DNA of 63,102 bases, filler included, from Octopus bimaculoides (taxonomy: Eukaryota): assembly GCF_001194135.2 (NCBI RefSeq). It is 5 parts of 5 records of this genome, joined end to end, with 100 filler letters (N's around TTAATTAATTAA, not from the genome) between each part and the next. Parts side by side here need not be neighbours in the genome. Positions count along the whole stretch, not along the records: positions 1 to 28,370 come from NC_068988.1; positions 28,471 to 43,537 come from NC_068982.1; 3 more parts are not named here. The stretch is one strand, 5' to 3'. Position numbers and translations under genes: made by a program. Position 1 is the first letter of the stretch. Every line of letters begins with the position of its first letter. Positions 24,600-37,585 of this stretch are shown one piece after another. A model generated the notes under the pieces. The model was not told the DNA's origin and did not search any database. It was given only the letters and a program-made list of their open reading frames with translations.

Positions 24600-24770
24600 C
24601 GCATAAACGAAAAATGATCAAATTATCCAGTCATATATGGTTCTTAAAAGAACACGGTGTCAGCTATAAGGTTTACTGGAAGATCTTGGCCAAGTGTAAA
24701 CCTTATACCAATGCTAGTGGTAAGTGCGGTCTTAGTGATATGGAAAGACGGCTCATTTGGAAAAACTTCC
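24600..24770 (+). mobile_element. Penelope-like GIY-YIG endonuclease C-terminal fragment
   Basis: KLSSHIWFLKEHGVSYKVYWKILAKCKPYTNASGKCGLSDMERRLI resembles the PLE T.LS.HIW.LK...W.IL...PY....C.LC..EK..I tail. Confidence 0.65.
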
Positions 24771-24794
24771 TTGGACCCCGCTACATGTCTAAAT

Positions 24795-24975
24795 TTAGGA
24801 ACTGGACTTCAAGACTATCTCTTCCCCTCCTATATTCAGCTGCCCACTTTTTCACTGTTGATAAAGCTGGAGTGTCATCCCTTAATGAAGCAATTATGTC
24901 AGCATGAATGTCCTTGGGGTTAAATTCTTTTTCTGCAGTCACTTATAACACCGGGATGCCAAATTATGTCCATTT
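24795..24975 (-). mobile_element. mariner transposase N-terminal remnant
   Basis: MDIIWHPGVI...PKDIHADIIASLRDDTPALSTVKKWAAEYRRGRDSLE (mariner HTH region). Confidence 0.7.
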
Positions 24976-25948
24976 TCAAGAGAAGTCGCTACTAGTTACT
25001 TTTGAAGTCTTCTTTGAACAGTCACATATCAGTTTATCTGGAAAAAAGCAATGCAATTTTAAGAAGAAGAGTCGAAATTAAGGTATGCAAGATTTCACAG
25101 CTCTAGTATCACTCCTTCATAGTCAGCCAATGAACTTTACAGCCCACCTTCGAATTTGTCCCAAAATTATAAGCTATACACTAGCCTGAGAGTAATTATT
25201 TTTATCAAAACCAGTGCCTAAAACTGCTTTATTCCTCACTTATAAACCAATTTCCACTTAGCAGTGCCATTTTGAGAGACATCAATGTCACAACTTAGAA
25301 GAACACTCACACTCATGTATGTATGTAGGTATGTGTGTGCGCACGTGCGTGCGGGCGTGCATGCGTGTATGTATGTATGTATGGATGGATGGATGCATGC
25401 ATGCATGTATGTATAATGGTTATATGTAACTGATGGATGTAACGGACAAATGTTGGCCATTTCAGCGTCCATGGAATAAGTAACAGAAGAAATAGATAAA
25501 GTTAAGCTTCCTTTTATTTATCGTTATGTGATACACAGCTACTTCGAGAATTTTTTATATATAAAGACTGTTTCTGTTGTTAACTACTACGTGGCCGAAG
25601 GAAAGAGAGAAAGTAAGAGAATTTACCTTTTCTGAAAGCTGCCGAGCAGAGAAGATAAACGAAGTATGTTACCACTGTGGCAAGCGCTTGGAACTCTCGG
25701 AGTACCAACAAATTTGAATCAAGCTGTTTTGATCCCCCACCCCACCCCACACACACATATATATATAATTATTACGGAGATGTACTTGCATAGCAAGTGA
25801 CTTGATCTGAGAATACATCAAAAATATTTGACAACGCTGGCGGAAGAAAGCAAACATTTTATCTGCAAAAGATCGCGCCAAACAGAGAAGTGAGAATGAG
25901 TGAAGAATTTTATCAACTCCCTACATAGCTACGTCACAGCAAAAGATA

Positions 25949-28370
25949 TGTAGTGAATCTTGCAGGCATGAAGTAAATTCGATCCTAGATAGTCAAATAT
26001 AAATTAACAGTTCAACAGAACTTTTCTCACGGTAAAACATTAGTTTTTCTGTGACAGCAGTTTACATTTTCCAGATGCCTTAGCTAAGCCACTTGACCCT
26101 TCTAGCCTATTCTATTTCACCAAAAGCTAGAATTAAGATAACAAGTACCACCAACGAAATCCATTGTTCACAACGATATGTCTATCCTTCTGGATAGTTA
26201 TAAAAACAAGAACCCCCAAGCAAAAGTCAGTTAGTCAGTTAGTGACAACTCAGTTAGTGAGAACCTGAGTTCGAGAGAGCGACAATCAGTTAGTGAACGG
26301 AACACTAGAATCATGGCCACAAGCAGGCAGCCACTAAAGACAAACGTCCAGAGGGAGAAAGAAAGTTTGCAATCAGTTTACAAGTTTACAATTCGAGACA
26401 ACTTTCCACACTCTCTCACTCTCACTTTATTTTCTCTTACAACATCACTCTATCTCCATCTGCAATTACTACTACACAATGACGAGAACATAAACACAAA
26501 CTATACAAGGAAAATCTACGACATCTATCTTTACTTCGCATGCTTTTGGATTTTATCACCTGCCCATCGAGGCAAGGTATATACAACGTAAAATTAAATA
26601 TTTTCTTCACAACTTCAATCACTGTTCTTTCATCTTTACATAATGGCAATCAACGAATAATCAATCCTTACAAACTGATTACGACTCTGACATTCCACAC
26701 TATTGTTTACAAATTAATTTCAACCGTTACAAAAATAAACCTCTACCGTTACAAATCGGTGATTTCGGTGTTGTACCATAACAACCGTCTAAAAAGAATT
26801 GCTGCCTTCTGAAGCTAACTTTAGCTGCTATCTTTTCTTCACCACCTCAGCTCAAAATGGAACGGCAGTCTTCATATCAACAGTCGCTAGACCAAAGGAA
26901 AAATAATGACAACATTCGTCTCCACCAAGATGCACCCTCCTTCAACCGGCTACAAAAGCTCCATACTGCGATCCACACTACGATGCACATCTCGACAACT
27001 TCAAAAACTATCCGACGAAGAACTAACTGGATACCACTATGGAAGCCCAAACGATTTTCGACAGCCATAGATTTGAACTATCTTTGCATGTATCCATTTT
27101 TGCATTTCAAATGCTACTTTTTAGCTTTTCAGGACCAGAACACATTCTAACTAAGTTTGTCATTTTTGCTTAATTCATTTTGTTATGTTTGCACATTTCA
27201 TGCATACGCATTGCTCACTTGTTTTTATTACATGGTTTCTGCTAAATGTTCTCCTTTTGAATGTCTGCAATTTGCTTCTTCGCATGCACCTTTCCTCAGC
27301 GCCTGGCCTTGCGCACGCATCTGCACACAAGATTCATACACACACACACATGCTAACTCTGTCACATTCATGTCCCACTTGTTTTTCATGCACCCTGAGC
27401 CCTTGTAGACATACCTCATCTCTGTAAGACTCTAGGTCGGTCACGCATACACAGAGAAAGTTGTTTGTCCCTTACAACGCGCCAGCATGCCACACTTTTG
27501 CTACTGCACGATCGAGGCATATAATACCTCATGCACCGGCTGGCATATTCAGCACTGCCTAAATCACCGGCATATTCAACTCTGTACACTGTATCTGAAT
27601 CAATGCACTAGCATTACAGCCTCAGCCTTGCAAGCCCTTTTACATACATGCACACGCACCTCTATTATGCCCCCCACTGCCTTGTTTTTCAACACGTCTG
27701 TGTCAGCTCAACTCTTTTCGCGACTCGATTCACGTCGGATGTTCACATGCTCTGCACTCATGTTTAGACATAATTTACCTCTGTTAGACCCCTGTTTGGT
27801 CATGAAATTAATAGAGAAAATTATCTGTCACGCGCATCACTCCAGCATGCTACACTGTCGTTCTTGCTAACCTCAGCACGACAACAGCACCAGATTCGTT
27901 TCACTTCTGAAAAATATTCAAGGCATTTCGCACACTGCAACCCTGCAGAAAGATCTTCCATATCATGGATTTAGAATACACTCACTCGCCTCAGCTTATT
28001 CCACAGCTGCAAGACTTTCTCTCGCACTCATGTATACGCCCTTGCACGCTTACTCACAACCTCAGTCACTGACTGCACACATTTTGGCACGCAAAGCGAC
28101 ACCGCTATTCGAACTAATCCGAATAGAAAACTGTCCCGTATACACGTCAAAGATCCTCTCCCCGGATATGAAAAATTTCTCCTCAACCATGCATTTCTTT
28201 CTCTCCTTCGATCGTTCGGTTCCTTTCTCGGAACCTAACTGGGGAGGGGAGTGATGTAGTGAATTTTGCAGGCATGAAGTAAATTCGATCTTCTGAATAC
28301 TATGGCCCTTGAGAAGCAGAATCCTTCTATAGGGTACATATACATCACGCTTGGAACTCTTGGAGTACCA
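25949..28370 (+). mobile_element. Degenerate LTR element (non-coding or decayed interior)
   Basis: tgtagtgaat(c/t)ttgcaggcatgaagtaaattcgatc at 25949 and 28255. Polypurine tract ggggaggggagtga immediately precedes the second copy. The two LTRs diverge after ~37 bp and the 3' LTR runs into a gap. Confidence 0.5.
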
Positions 28371-28549
28371 NNNNNNNNNNNNNNNNNNNNNNNNNNNNNN
28401 NNNNNNNNNNNNNNTTAATTAATTAANNNNNNNNNNNNNNNNNNNNNNNNNNNNNNNNNNNNNNNNNNNNTATGGTGTACATAGTAAGTCGTGTTGACTA
28501 TGGTTGGAGATGTCGGTGGCGTTGGTGGTCATCGTTGCTTGGTAGTTCA

Positions 28550-28712
28550 GTCTCCATGGCCGCATTTGTTCTTTAGTCGGGTTCACCAGTTATAGGTTGG
28601 TAGTCCAGAATCCATGCTGCGTTTGTTTCTTAGTCGGGGTCACCACTTTAGTGGAAAGTGGGTTATTGTAGCTCAGCGGGCTGCGTGTTTGAATCACGTC
28701 GGAAGGTCACCA
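28550..28712 (-). other. Three tandem units, each with a tRNA-Trp primer-binding-site sequence
   Basis: Plus strand gtcgggttcacca (28576), gtcggggtcacca (28633), gcgtgtttgaatcacgtcggaaggtcacca (to 28712), versus metazoan tRNA-Trp 3' end GCGTGTTCAAATCACGTCGGGGTCACCA. Confidence 0.75.
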
Positions 28713-28715
28713 CTT

Positions 28716-29086
28716 TATAGGAAAGTGGGTTATACATCATTAGATGTACACCTGACTTTCCTATATAAAATTAAGAATTAACGGAACGCTGAACTCCAGA
28801 CTATCAACACAAACAACATAACAACATTTATTTAAAGGTGGAATATATATACATCTTTAGCTCTTGTTTGTTGTTACAGCTTCTGTGTGTGTGAGCATGA
28901 TTGTTGGGACGTTGGTATGTAGATGTAAGCGAGCTGTCTAGCGTAAGTTCGAAAGATGGAGAGAGACAGCTAAACACGTCCTTGCTCAATCGCTGGCCAG
29001 CAAGAAAGAGACAGAATGAAGCGGGAAAGCTTGGTTGTTGAATTCCACGCATGTGTGAGACTACGCATGCGCACGGCGTTACTACA
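28716..29086 (-). mobile_element. 5' LTR (~370 bp) directly upstream of the PBS units
   Basis: Begins TGTAGTAACGCC, has AATAAA, ends CCCACTTTCCTATA, then AAG and TGGTGACC. Second copy at 48173-48403. Confidence 0.75.
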
Positions 29087-29136
29087 AATATATTTCTAAA
29101 ATGAATGTGTACGTGCTTGGAAAAGTGAGAATAATT

Positions 29137-30076
29137 TGTAGTGAAACCTCTCTCTCGGGCATTCATTCATAAATGATAACGAAGCTGCTAACATCTAGCC
29201 TTCGGCTGCCTTGGCCCCTTGTGTCCACCACCCTGATTGGTTCTCATTTGCGCGGTAATTGTCCCCAGTTCTGCTTCGCGCCAGGGTGCATACCGTCCAA
29301 TAGTGGCCTTCTAATAAGGTCACGTGAGAGAGTGATTTCTGCCTGTTCCCTGGAGTCCCCTGTACATCTATAAATAAGCCTGTTTGAACCCGCCAGTCGT
29401 CTTCGATTCCAAATCTCTCACAGGTCTGGTCGCTGACCACACATACAGAACACAGCTACAGCCAGTTTCCAGCGACGTCTTCACCACCAATCTACTGACT
29501 ACCACAATGTCGTCGCCAGCAACCTCACTACCAGAGTACACACGAACATCAGCAAACGCCGTTTTATCTCTACTACACTGTATGAGTGGATTATTTCCAC
29601 CACGAACAACAGTCAGAACTAACCTGCGAGAATATTCCGACCAGGTAACCGGTCACAGCATCGACGCTCAACACACACACATATTGTGATATCACAGCTC
29701 TTCTCTCTCGGCCACAACTTCCTGCGTATGAACATTCTATATCTTGTGTAACTCTTATACGAACTGGTTTTTCTCTATCTCAGTGTTTAAGACTTTTTGT
29801 AGTCTATGTTACAGACACTCTTTCTATGTTCTGTGTTCCTCTCACTCTCACACACACTTGTACTCTCACATATTGTACACACAATCTTGCTCACACGACA
29901 GTCTGTCATTTCATATTTGTTGTATACATACTCTACTTTTATATATAATGGTTGTCTGTCCTACTCTGTTCTTTTACTGGCACTTGGCTCGTATCTCTCA
30001 CGACGAGCCTTCTTTGTCATATATATTGTTTTGTGTTCGACCATTCTCCTTTGGTTCGCACGGTCGTTCTATTACA
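29137..30076 (+). mobile_element. Solo LTR with 4-bp TSD AATT
   Basis: aatt|TGTAGTGAAACC...TTCTATTACA|aatt; homologous to 34639-35635. Confidence 0.85.
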
Positions 30077-30080
30077 AATT

Positions 30081-30290
30081 ATTTCTTTATTGCCCACAAG
30101 GGGTTACACATAGAGGAGACAAACAAGGACAGACAAAGGAATTAAGTCGATTACATCGACCTCAGTGCATAACTGGTACTTATTTAATTGACCCCGAAAG
30201 GATGAAAGGCAAAATCTACCTCGGTGGAAATTGAACTGAGAGCGTAGCGGCAGACGAAATACCAATTTCTTTATTGCCCACCGGGGGCTA
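30081..30290 (-). mobile_element. SINE family A fragments
   Basis: tttctttattgcccacaagggg...ttaagtcgattacatcgacc...ccccgaaaggatgaaaggcaaa...ttgaactgagagcgtag. Confidence 0.7.
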
Positions 30291-30739
30291 AACACAAAAA
30301 TGTGCAAAACAACTGATTGGGATCAGTAATGCGATATGGTTTTACATATCGAACGACTGCAGCTGAAAAACTATTACTCAGAATTCGAGGCGAGTCACTT
30401 GATACGCTATGATCTATTTCTCGTTATTGAGTTGATGCAGTTTCAAATCTAAGCCCCACTACACAGATAACTGGCCCTAAGTGTCGTAAGACTTGAGACA
30501 GTAATATCTAATGGACTTACTACTAAACTGCTATAAAATCTAAGCGGGAGAAAAAACGTAAATTAATCGAATTTCCCCCCAGTCATATGATATAGTGCAA
30601 GTGACTTGATCAGTGAGGTGATACTCATCAGAGGTTCGTATCCTAATTTTTTCGTTGCCTAAATTTTGATTAATGCTAGAGCGTTAGACTCACCGTCAAT
30701 TCTAGCAATTTTATACTGTAAAACTGATGTTTTGCTGTT

Positions 30740-30865
30740 ATGTTTGCTGCTGATGTTGTTTTGTTGTTATGGTTGTTGTTGCTGCTGCAGTTGTGGTTGC
30801 TGTTGTTATTGTCGTTGTTACTGTTGCTTCTGCTGTTGTTGTTACTGTTGTTGTTGTTGTTGTCA
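30740..30865. repeat. (TTG/CTG)n microsatellite
   Basis: Direct reading. Confidence 0.9.
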
Positions 30866-30929
30866 TTATCCAGATATAGATATCCAGGCATGTCTTTTAT
30901 TCCAGACAGTTCCCCCCGAATACAATATA

Positions 30930-31130
30930 CTCTTTTACTCTTTTACTTGTTTCAGTCATTTGACTGCGGCCATGCTGGAGCACCGCCTTTATAGTCGAGC
31001 AAATCGACCCCAGAACTTATTTTTTGTAAGCCTAGTACTCATTCTATCAGTATCTTTTGCCGAACAGCTAAGTTATGGGGGCGTAAACACACCAGCATCG
31101 GTTGTCAAGCGATGCTGGGGGGGAGGGACA

Positions 31131-31206
<76 letters not shown>

Positions 31207-31369
31207 CGACGGGCCCCTTCCAGTTTCCGTCTACCAAATCCAATCACAAGGATTTGGTCGGCCCGAGGCTATAGTAGAAGACAGTTGCCCAAGGTGCCAC
31301 GCAGTGGGACTGAACCCGGGACCATGTGGTTGGTAAGCAAGCTACTTACCACACAGCCACTCCTGCGCC
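30930..31369 (-). mobile_element. Full-length family-B tRNA-derived SINE with central (CA)n
   Basis: Head ggcgcaggagtggctgtgtggtaagtagc...ccgggttcagtcccactgcg (A/B-box like); tail gactgaaacaagtaaaagagtaaaagag. Confidence 0.85.
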
Positions 31370-31704
31370 TATATATATCCAAAGTTTCTTTTCTTTTCTT
31401 TTTCCTTTTATTTTTCAAAGACCGTTTACATTTTGCTTAAAGTTAATTAACTATTATTTCCAGCAAGGAGATAAATTCAGGAATCAAGAATTCTCCAAAG
31501 TTGACATGCCATTAAGGAAAAGGTTTGACTTACCATCTGGAGATGATAAGAGGACTGTCGTAGACATGTGTTTCTGTCCCATTATGCATCATCAGCACAA
31601 CAGTCGTCCCACTCTATCTCCTGTAGCCAAGGGACATAGACACATACAAAAATAGTATGTATGAATGTATGTATGTCTGCATGCATGTATGTATGTATGT
31701 ATGA

Positions 31705-31930
31705 AGGTATCTGATCTGTGAATCGGAGGTGTGGTAATAGCTTGCCGTTGATGTTCACGCCACTTGTCCAGTCACTGTTTTTAATGACCATTTCTAGACA
31801 TATCGTGAAGCACTTTGGAGAGATAGTATCTCCTTGTCTGAAGCCCTTCTCATTTGGCACTCTTACGAGTAGCAATAGCAAGCTATATCAGTTCGCATCC
31901 GTAAGCAGTTTAGTGTATTCCGCCTTGAGA
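31705..31930 (-). mobile_element. RTE-clade LINE reverse transcriptase fragment
   Basis: KGFRQGDTISPKCFTICLEMVIKNSDWTSGVNINGKLLPHLRFTDQI (RQGD.ISP and degenerate HLRFADD). Confidence 0.75.
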
Positions 31931-32394
31931 TCTTGCATTTCCACAGATTTCAGCACACACACACACACACACACATACACACACACTCACACACACACAC
32001 ACACACACACACAGAGGCACGCACGCGTTCACACCCCGCACGCGCACACACACAAAATAATCTCTGTCGTTTTCGACGATAAGCGCTGCTCATGTTTGGG
32101 ATTAATTGGTGTGTAATGGCTGCAGATGTCACAGAAACATGTATAGTTAATGTAATTCTGAGAAGGCAGAATCAACACACCAGTAGAATATTCGGGATAT
32201 TCTACTAGTAAAATGGCTGCAATGTCCCTCTGTTGGTATCCATTTACAGCTGAATCCACTGGAGCAACGTGAAATGAAATATCTTGCTCAAGAATTCAAC
32301 GTTACCGACCAGTTTAGGGATTGAACGAACGACTTCATGATTATGAATCGAAAATTCCAACCACTCAACCACGCGTCTTCACTATTGGCTATTT

Positions 32395-32740
32395 TTTTTT
32401 TTACTTGGTGGTGGAGTACCAAATTGAAAAAAAATTTTTTGTCGAACAAATGGACCCCAGTGTCTAATTCTATTAACCTCTATTGCGGAACAGCTAAGTT
32501 ACGGACGCAAACAAACATACACAGGTTGCCAAGCGGTGGAGGAGATGACAATCGCGGATACAAAGAAAGCCAGACAGACAGACACACGCACATACAGCTA
32601 CCTTCTACCAAATCCGGTCAGAAATCATTGGTCGGACCGGGGCTATAGTAGAAGACATTTGCCCAAAGTGCCATGCGGTGAGACTGAAGGCAGAACCACG
32701 TGGCTGGAAAACGAGCTTCTTAAACTACATAACCGTGCTT
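32395..32740 (-). mobile_element. Diverged family-B SINE
   Basis: Similar to 30930-31369 (ctaagttacggacg, ggctatagtagaagacatttgccc, aaccacgtgg). Confidence 0.6.
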
Positions 32741-33202
32741 AAATCGTCGTGACCTTGTGCCCTCTATTAGTAATAAATAACCGGTAAAAATGGCATAGTA
32801 TCCTTGACTTTTGCAGGTCTACTTCCCCCAGATTGAGGAATCGATGCAGATGATGTTCAATTTCAGTCTGTCAGGGAAACGGGATTGCTGATTGGGTGGG
32901 TGTGGGAATGGGGGCAGAAATATTTTGGTTGAGTTTTTAAGGACTGTGGAGTAGGGTTGGTGCAGGAAAGAGTTTCTTGTATTCAGGAGACAGAGGAGAG
33001 GTGGGCTATGTAATTTGCTAGTTCCAAAAAAGCCGCGATAGTAGCGGTAGAAGAGTCAGAAAGAACAGACGTGTGTAACTAGTGATCAGAGGTTTGGCCC
33101 ACAAAGAATATCCTGGGGGTCAAGAGAAAGGATTACAAGTTTTACCTCTGATACATATATCATTAGGAAACGCCTCTAAAACCACATCGAAGTTTACACA
33201 TC

Positions 33203-33270
<68 letters not shown>
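33203..33270. repeat. Pure (CTA)n microsatellite followed by degenerate (CAC/CAT)n
   Basis: Direct reading. Confidence 0.95.
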
Positions 33271-33280
<10 letters not shown>

Positions 33281-34273
33281 TCATTACCACCGCCACACTA
33301 CCACTACCATCGACATCATCGTCGCCTTCGTCACCGTCATCTCCCTACCATTGATTTCCATAGCCACTATTGTCAATCCCACCATTTCCGCCCCTCCCCC
33401 ATTGTCACAGCTATCACCACAATCGTCACGACCACCACCGCGTCATCACCACTATTGTACACTCACCACTACTGTTACCACCCACCATCTTCACCACAAC
33501 TATTGCAATTACACCCATCACCACCTTCACATTACCACTCTAACCATCACTGATATATACCAACACCTCATTAGCAATGACAAGATTTGTAATGGGACAA
33601 ACAGGGAGCTTCTCAATATGTGATCGCTCGAAATAGCAGCCAAATCACCCTCAAATCACATTTTACTGTCTTAAATGATCTTAATAAAACGACATAAGAT
33701 AAATTAATATACAAAAACCCAACACAGTCATGTCTCGAAAGGCTTTGATCGTAGGTCGAGACGATGTGCAGTTAAACAATAACAAATGATAGAAAGGGTG
33801 CATCGTAACAATCGTTATCCATTGAGAAAACCTGTTTGATTAAGGAATGACCTAGGCATAACGGTATGTCGCATTTACACTTGGTTTTCCTATTGTGGAT
33901 AAACTTTTGTTGTGAGACACGAAATATCTAAAGTATTCAAGCGGAAGACGAATCAACTTGATCACACGATGACGTAATTTCCTCGTGTGTGTGTGAGTGT
34001 GTGTGGATTATGTATATATTAATAACAGTTTGACTCAGATCCATTTGATTTAAAGTTTTGTGGGGCCGAGTCAAGTTATTATTAAATATATATATANNNN
34101 NNNNNNNNNNNNNNNNNNNNNNNNNNNNNNNNNNNNNNNNNNNNNNNNNNNNNNNNNNNNNNNNNNNNNNNNNNNNNNNNNNNNNNNNNNNNNNNNNNNN
34201 NNNNNNNNNNNNNNNNNNNNNNNNNNNNNNNNNNNNNNNNNNNNNNNNNNNNNNNNNNNNNNNNNNNNNNNNN

Positions 34274-34638
34274 TACCAACCACATGGTCCCGCGTTCAGT
34301 CCCACCGCGTGACATCTTGGGCAAGTGTCTTCTACTATAGCCTCGAGCCGACCAAAGCCTTGTGAGTGGATTTGGTAGACGGAAACTGAAAGAAGCCCGT
34401 CGTATATATGTATATATATATATATGTATGTGTATCTTTGTTTGACCCCCCAACATCGCTTGACAACCGATGCTGGTGTGTTTATGTCCCCGTAACTTAG
34501 CGGTTCGGCAAAAGAGACCCGATAGAAGAAGTACTAGGCTTCCAAAGAATAAATCCTGGGGTCGATTTGCTCGACTAAAGGCGGTGCTCCAGCATGGCCA
34601 CAGTCAAAAGATTGAAACAAGTAAAAGAGTAAAGAGTA
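34274..34638 (+). mobile_element. Family-B SINE whose tail is interrupted by a solo LTR
   Basis: taccaaccacatggtcccgcgttcagtccc...gcggtgctccagcatggcc...aagtaaaagagtaaagagta|TG. Confidence 0.85.
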
Positions 34639-35635
34639 TGTAGAAAACGACCGTGCGAACCATAGGAGAATGGTAACGAATGGAACAGGCTCCTTTTAAC
34701 GCGTCGCACGGTCGACACAAAAATATATTATATATGTTATAATACTATAATATAGAGAACTAGGAAATGCCAGCAAAGAAAAGATAGAGACTCAACCGGT
34801 AAAGATGTATAACAGTAAGGTTTATTGGTTGTCAACTAGAATGTCTGTGTGAGTGTGAATGCGACATAATAGAACACAATATAAGACAGGCCATCATGTA
34901 ACAAAAGAGTGTATGTATACAAATATATGTATGTGAATGCAAGAGATACAGAGCATAGAAAACAGTCTATAATAAGTACGTTAGAAGTCCAGACACCAGG
35001 ATAAGAAATACCAGTTCTCAGTTAAGGTACACAGTTGTTTGACAGTCTGTATATAAGAGGTTGAGGCGTTGAGGCAGTGCTAAGTCACTTGTCGTGCAGT
35101 TGAGGCTTCTATGCCGAGCCGGGCTACTTGATACAGGGGTTTCTAGCAGGTGTCGAATTCTGGCTGTTATTTCGTGGTAAAACAATTCACACAAACAGTA
35201 GTGTTGAGAGAAGCTGCGGTTGCTGTTGGTAGCTTGTGTACGTAGAGACGTCGTGCTGACGTTGGGGACGAAGCTTGTAGTAAACAGTTGAACGATGGTG
35301 TTGATGTCGTCGCTGGAAACTGGCTGGTTGGTGTTATGTGGTCAACGACCAGACCTCAAAAGGTTTGAAGCCGCGACAAACTGACGGGGATAAAGCAGGC
35401 TATTTTATAGGAAAAAATCTGCTCCAGAAGCATCAGAAAACACTCTCTCACGTGACCTTATTAGATGGCCACGATTGGTCGGTATGCACCCAGGCGCGAA
35501 ACAGAACTGGAGACAAATGCCGCGCAAATATGAGTCAGTCGGGACACAGCAGGGTCCAAGGCGGGAAAAAAGATAGATGTTACCCGCTACGTTCGCATTT
35601 GTAAATAAATAACCGAGAGAGGTGGTTTCACTACA
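34639..35635 (-). mobile_element. Solo LTR with 4-bp TSD AGTA
   Basis: agta|TGTAGAAAACG...GGTTTCACTACA|agta; homologous to 29137-30076 (shared ctaataaggtcacgtgagagagtg, cagtttccagcgacg, ggttcgcacggtcgtt). Confidence 0.85.
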
Positions 35636-36484
35636 AGTATATAACTTCAATCAAATGTGCTGAGTGCCACTTTTTTTCGTTTGTCCACTCGTTCGTATAC
35701 ACGCATGCACGCACGTATGTAAGTAAGTACGTATATACGTATGTACGTATGTATGTATGTATGTATGTGGTGAAGAGCTTCAGTATAGCTAAGCTAGGAT
35801 GCGAAGCCAAATCCACATTTTTATACATCGTCAAGCAAAGCCTGGTCTATTGTTTTAGCCTTATTGATCTCACAGATTAATGAGAAAAAGTTCACCTCTC
35901 ATATCTTCTCAGAGTATTCACGGGTCGATTCTAATTAAGTACGAACAATCCTATAGTTCTCAGTTGACCAAATTAAATTGGCAGAATTATAAATACACAA
36001 GCAAATATTAGTCGATCTCTTTTCGGCCGGCCGCCGCTTGATCGAAGAGTAACTTTTTTCCCCAGAAGCGTGCAAACGTAGACTTATCAGCCTTACTATG
36101 TCTTTCTCCCCAGCATTTATAGAAACAGAAAAAAAAACAAAAAATAAACAATATACATAATGGAATCAGTGACAAATATTCTACTGCATCTACAAACAAG
36201 CTGTGTAGACACAAACAAACCGACGAGGTTGTATATTTCTTGTATTTTGAAACGACTTGCATTATAATCATTTTCAACATTGCTACAATATAGTAACTGA
36301 TGGGTATATTAATAACCAAGCAACTATAGTTCTTCATTCATTTCTGATAATTCTTCCGCCGCATTATGTTAAAACATCACTGTCGGTTACACACACATAC
36401 ACACACACACACACAAGTATGTATGTGTGTGTGTGTGTGTATGTACATATACATACATACATACATGTATACATACACACATAC

Positions 36485-36518
<34 letters not shown>

Positions 36519-37585
36519 NNNNNNNNNNNNNNNNNNNNNNNNNNNNNNNNNNNNNNNNNNNNNNNNNNNNNNNNNNNNNNNNNNNNNNNNNNNNNNNNNN
36601 NNNNNNNNNNNNNNNNNNNNNNNNNNNNNNNNNNNNNNNNNNNNNNNNNNNNNNNNNNNNNNNNNNNNNNNNNNNNNNNNNNNNNNNNNNNNNNNNNNNN
36701 NNNNNNNNNNNNNNNNNNNNNNNNNNNNNNNNNNNNNNNNNNNNNNNNNNNNNNNNNNNNNNNNNNNNNNNNNNNNNNNNNNNNNNNNNNNNNNNNNNNN
36801 NNNNNNNNNNNNNNNNNNNNNNNNNNNNNNNNNNNNNNNNNNNNNNNNNNNNNNNNNNNNNNNNNNNNNNNNNNNNNNNNNNNNNNNNNNNNNNNNNNNN
36901 NNNNNNNNNNNNNNNNNNNNNNNNNNNNNNNNNNNNNNNNNNNNNNNNNNNNNNNNNNNNNNNNNNNNNNNNNNNNNNNNNNNNNNNNNNNNNNNNNNNN
37001 NNNNNNNNNNNNNNNNNNNNNNNNNNNNNNNNNNNNNNNNNNNNNNNNNNNNNNNNNNNNNNNNNNNNNNNNNNNNNNNNNNNNNNNNNNNNNNNNNNNN
37101 NNNNNNNNNNNNNNNNNNNNNNNNNNNNNNNNNNNNNNNNNNNNNNNNNNNNNNNNNNNNNNNNNNNNNNNNNNNNNNNNNNNNNNNNNNNNNNNNNNNN
37201 NNNNNNNNNNNNNNNNNNNNNNNNNNNNNNNNNNNNNNNNNNNNNNNNNNNNNNNNNNNNNNNNNNNNNNNNNNNNNNNNNNNNNNNNNNNNNNNNNNNN
37301 NNNNNNNNNNNNNNNNNNNNNNNNNNNNNNNNNNNNNNNNNNNNNNNNNNTGTGTGTGTGTGTGTGTATGTACATATACATACATACATACATTGGGCAA
37401 GTGTCTTCTATAGCCTCGGACCGACCAAAGCTTTGTGAGGAAACTGAAAGAACCCTGTCGTGTAGTATATATCTCTCTCTGTCTTTCTATCTATCTCTAA
37501 CTTCTGGTCAGCCATCATTATGATTGACCGTTGACTGAACACTATTCAATTTTTTTTCTCCGTGTTTTTCTCCTTGTCTCCGTAT

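Noticed and set aside
28371-28470. TTAATTAATTAA inside N runs (28415, 43582, 48117, 59488)
   Set aside because: Identical 44N+12+44N = 100-bp placeholder at 28371 and apparently the same at the other three sites; an assembly linker, not biology.
28550-28712. CRISPR-like or tRNA-gene interpretation of the three tandem units
   Set aside because: Eukaryotic context, spacers are homologous rather than unique, and only the tRNA 3' end is present; this is a PBS region.
30666-31274. Cys-rich ORF resembling a metallothionein or keratin-associated protein
   Set aside because: Translation of (TTG/CTG)n plus a SINE and (CA)n.
32860-33180. Possible decayed LINE endonuclease (TSDH) on the minus strand
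   Set aside because: Only one short motif is recognisable.
36420-37392. Same 40-bp microsatellite string on both sides of a gap
   Set aside because: Probably overlapping contig ends in simple repeat.
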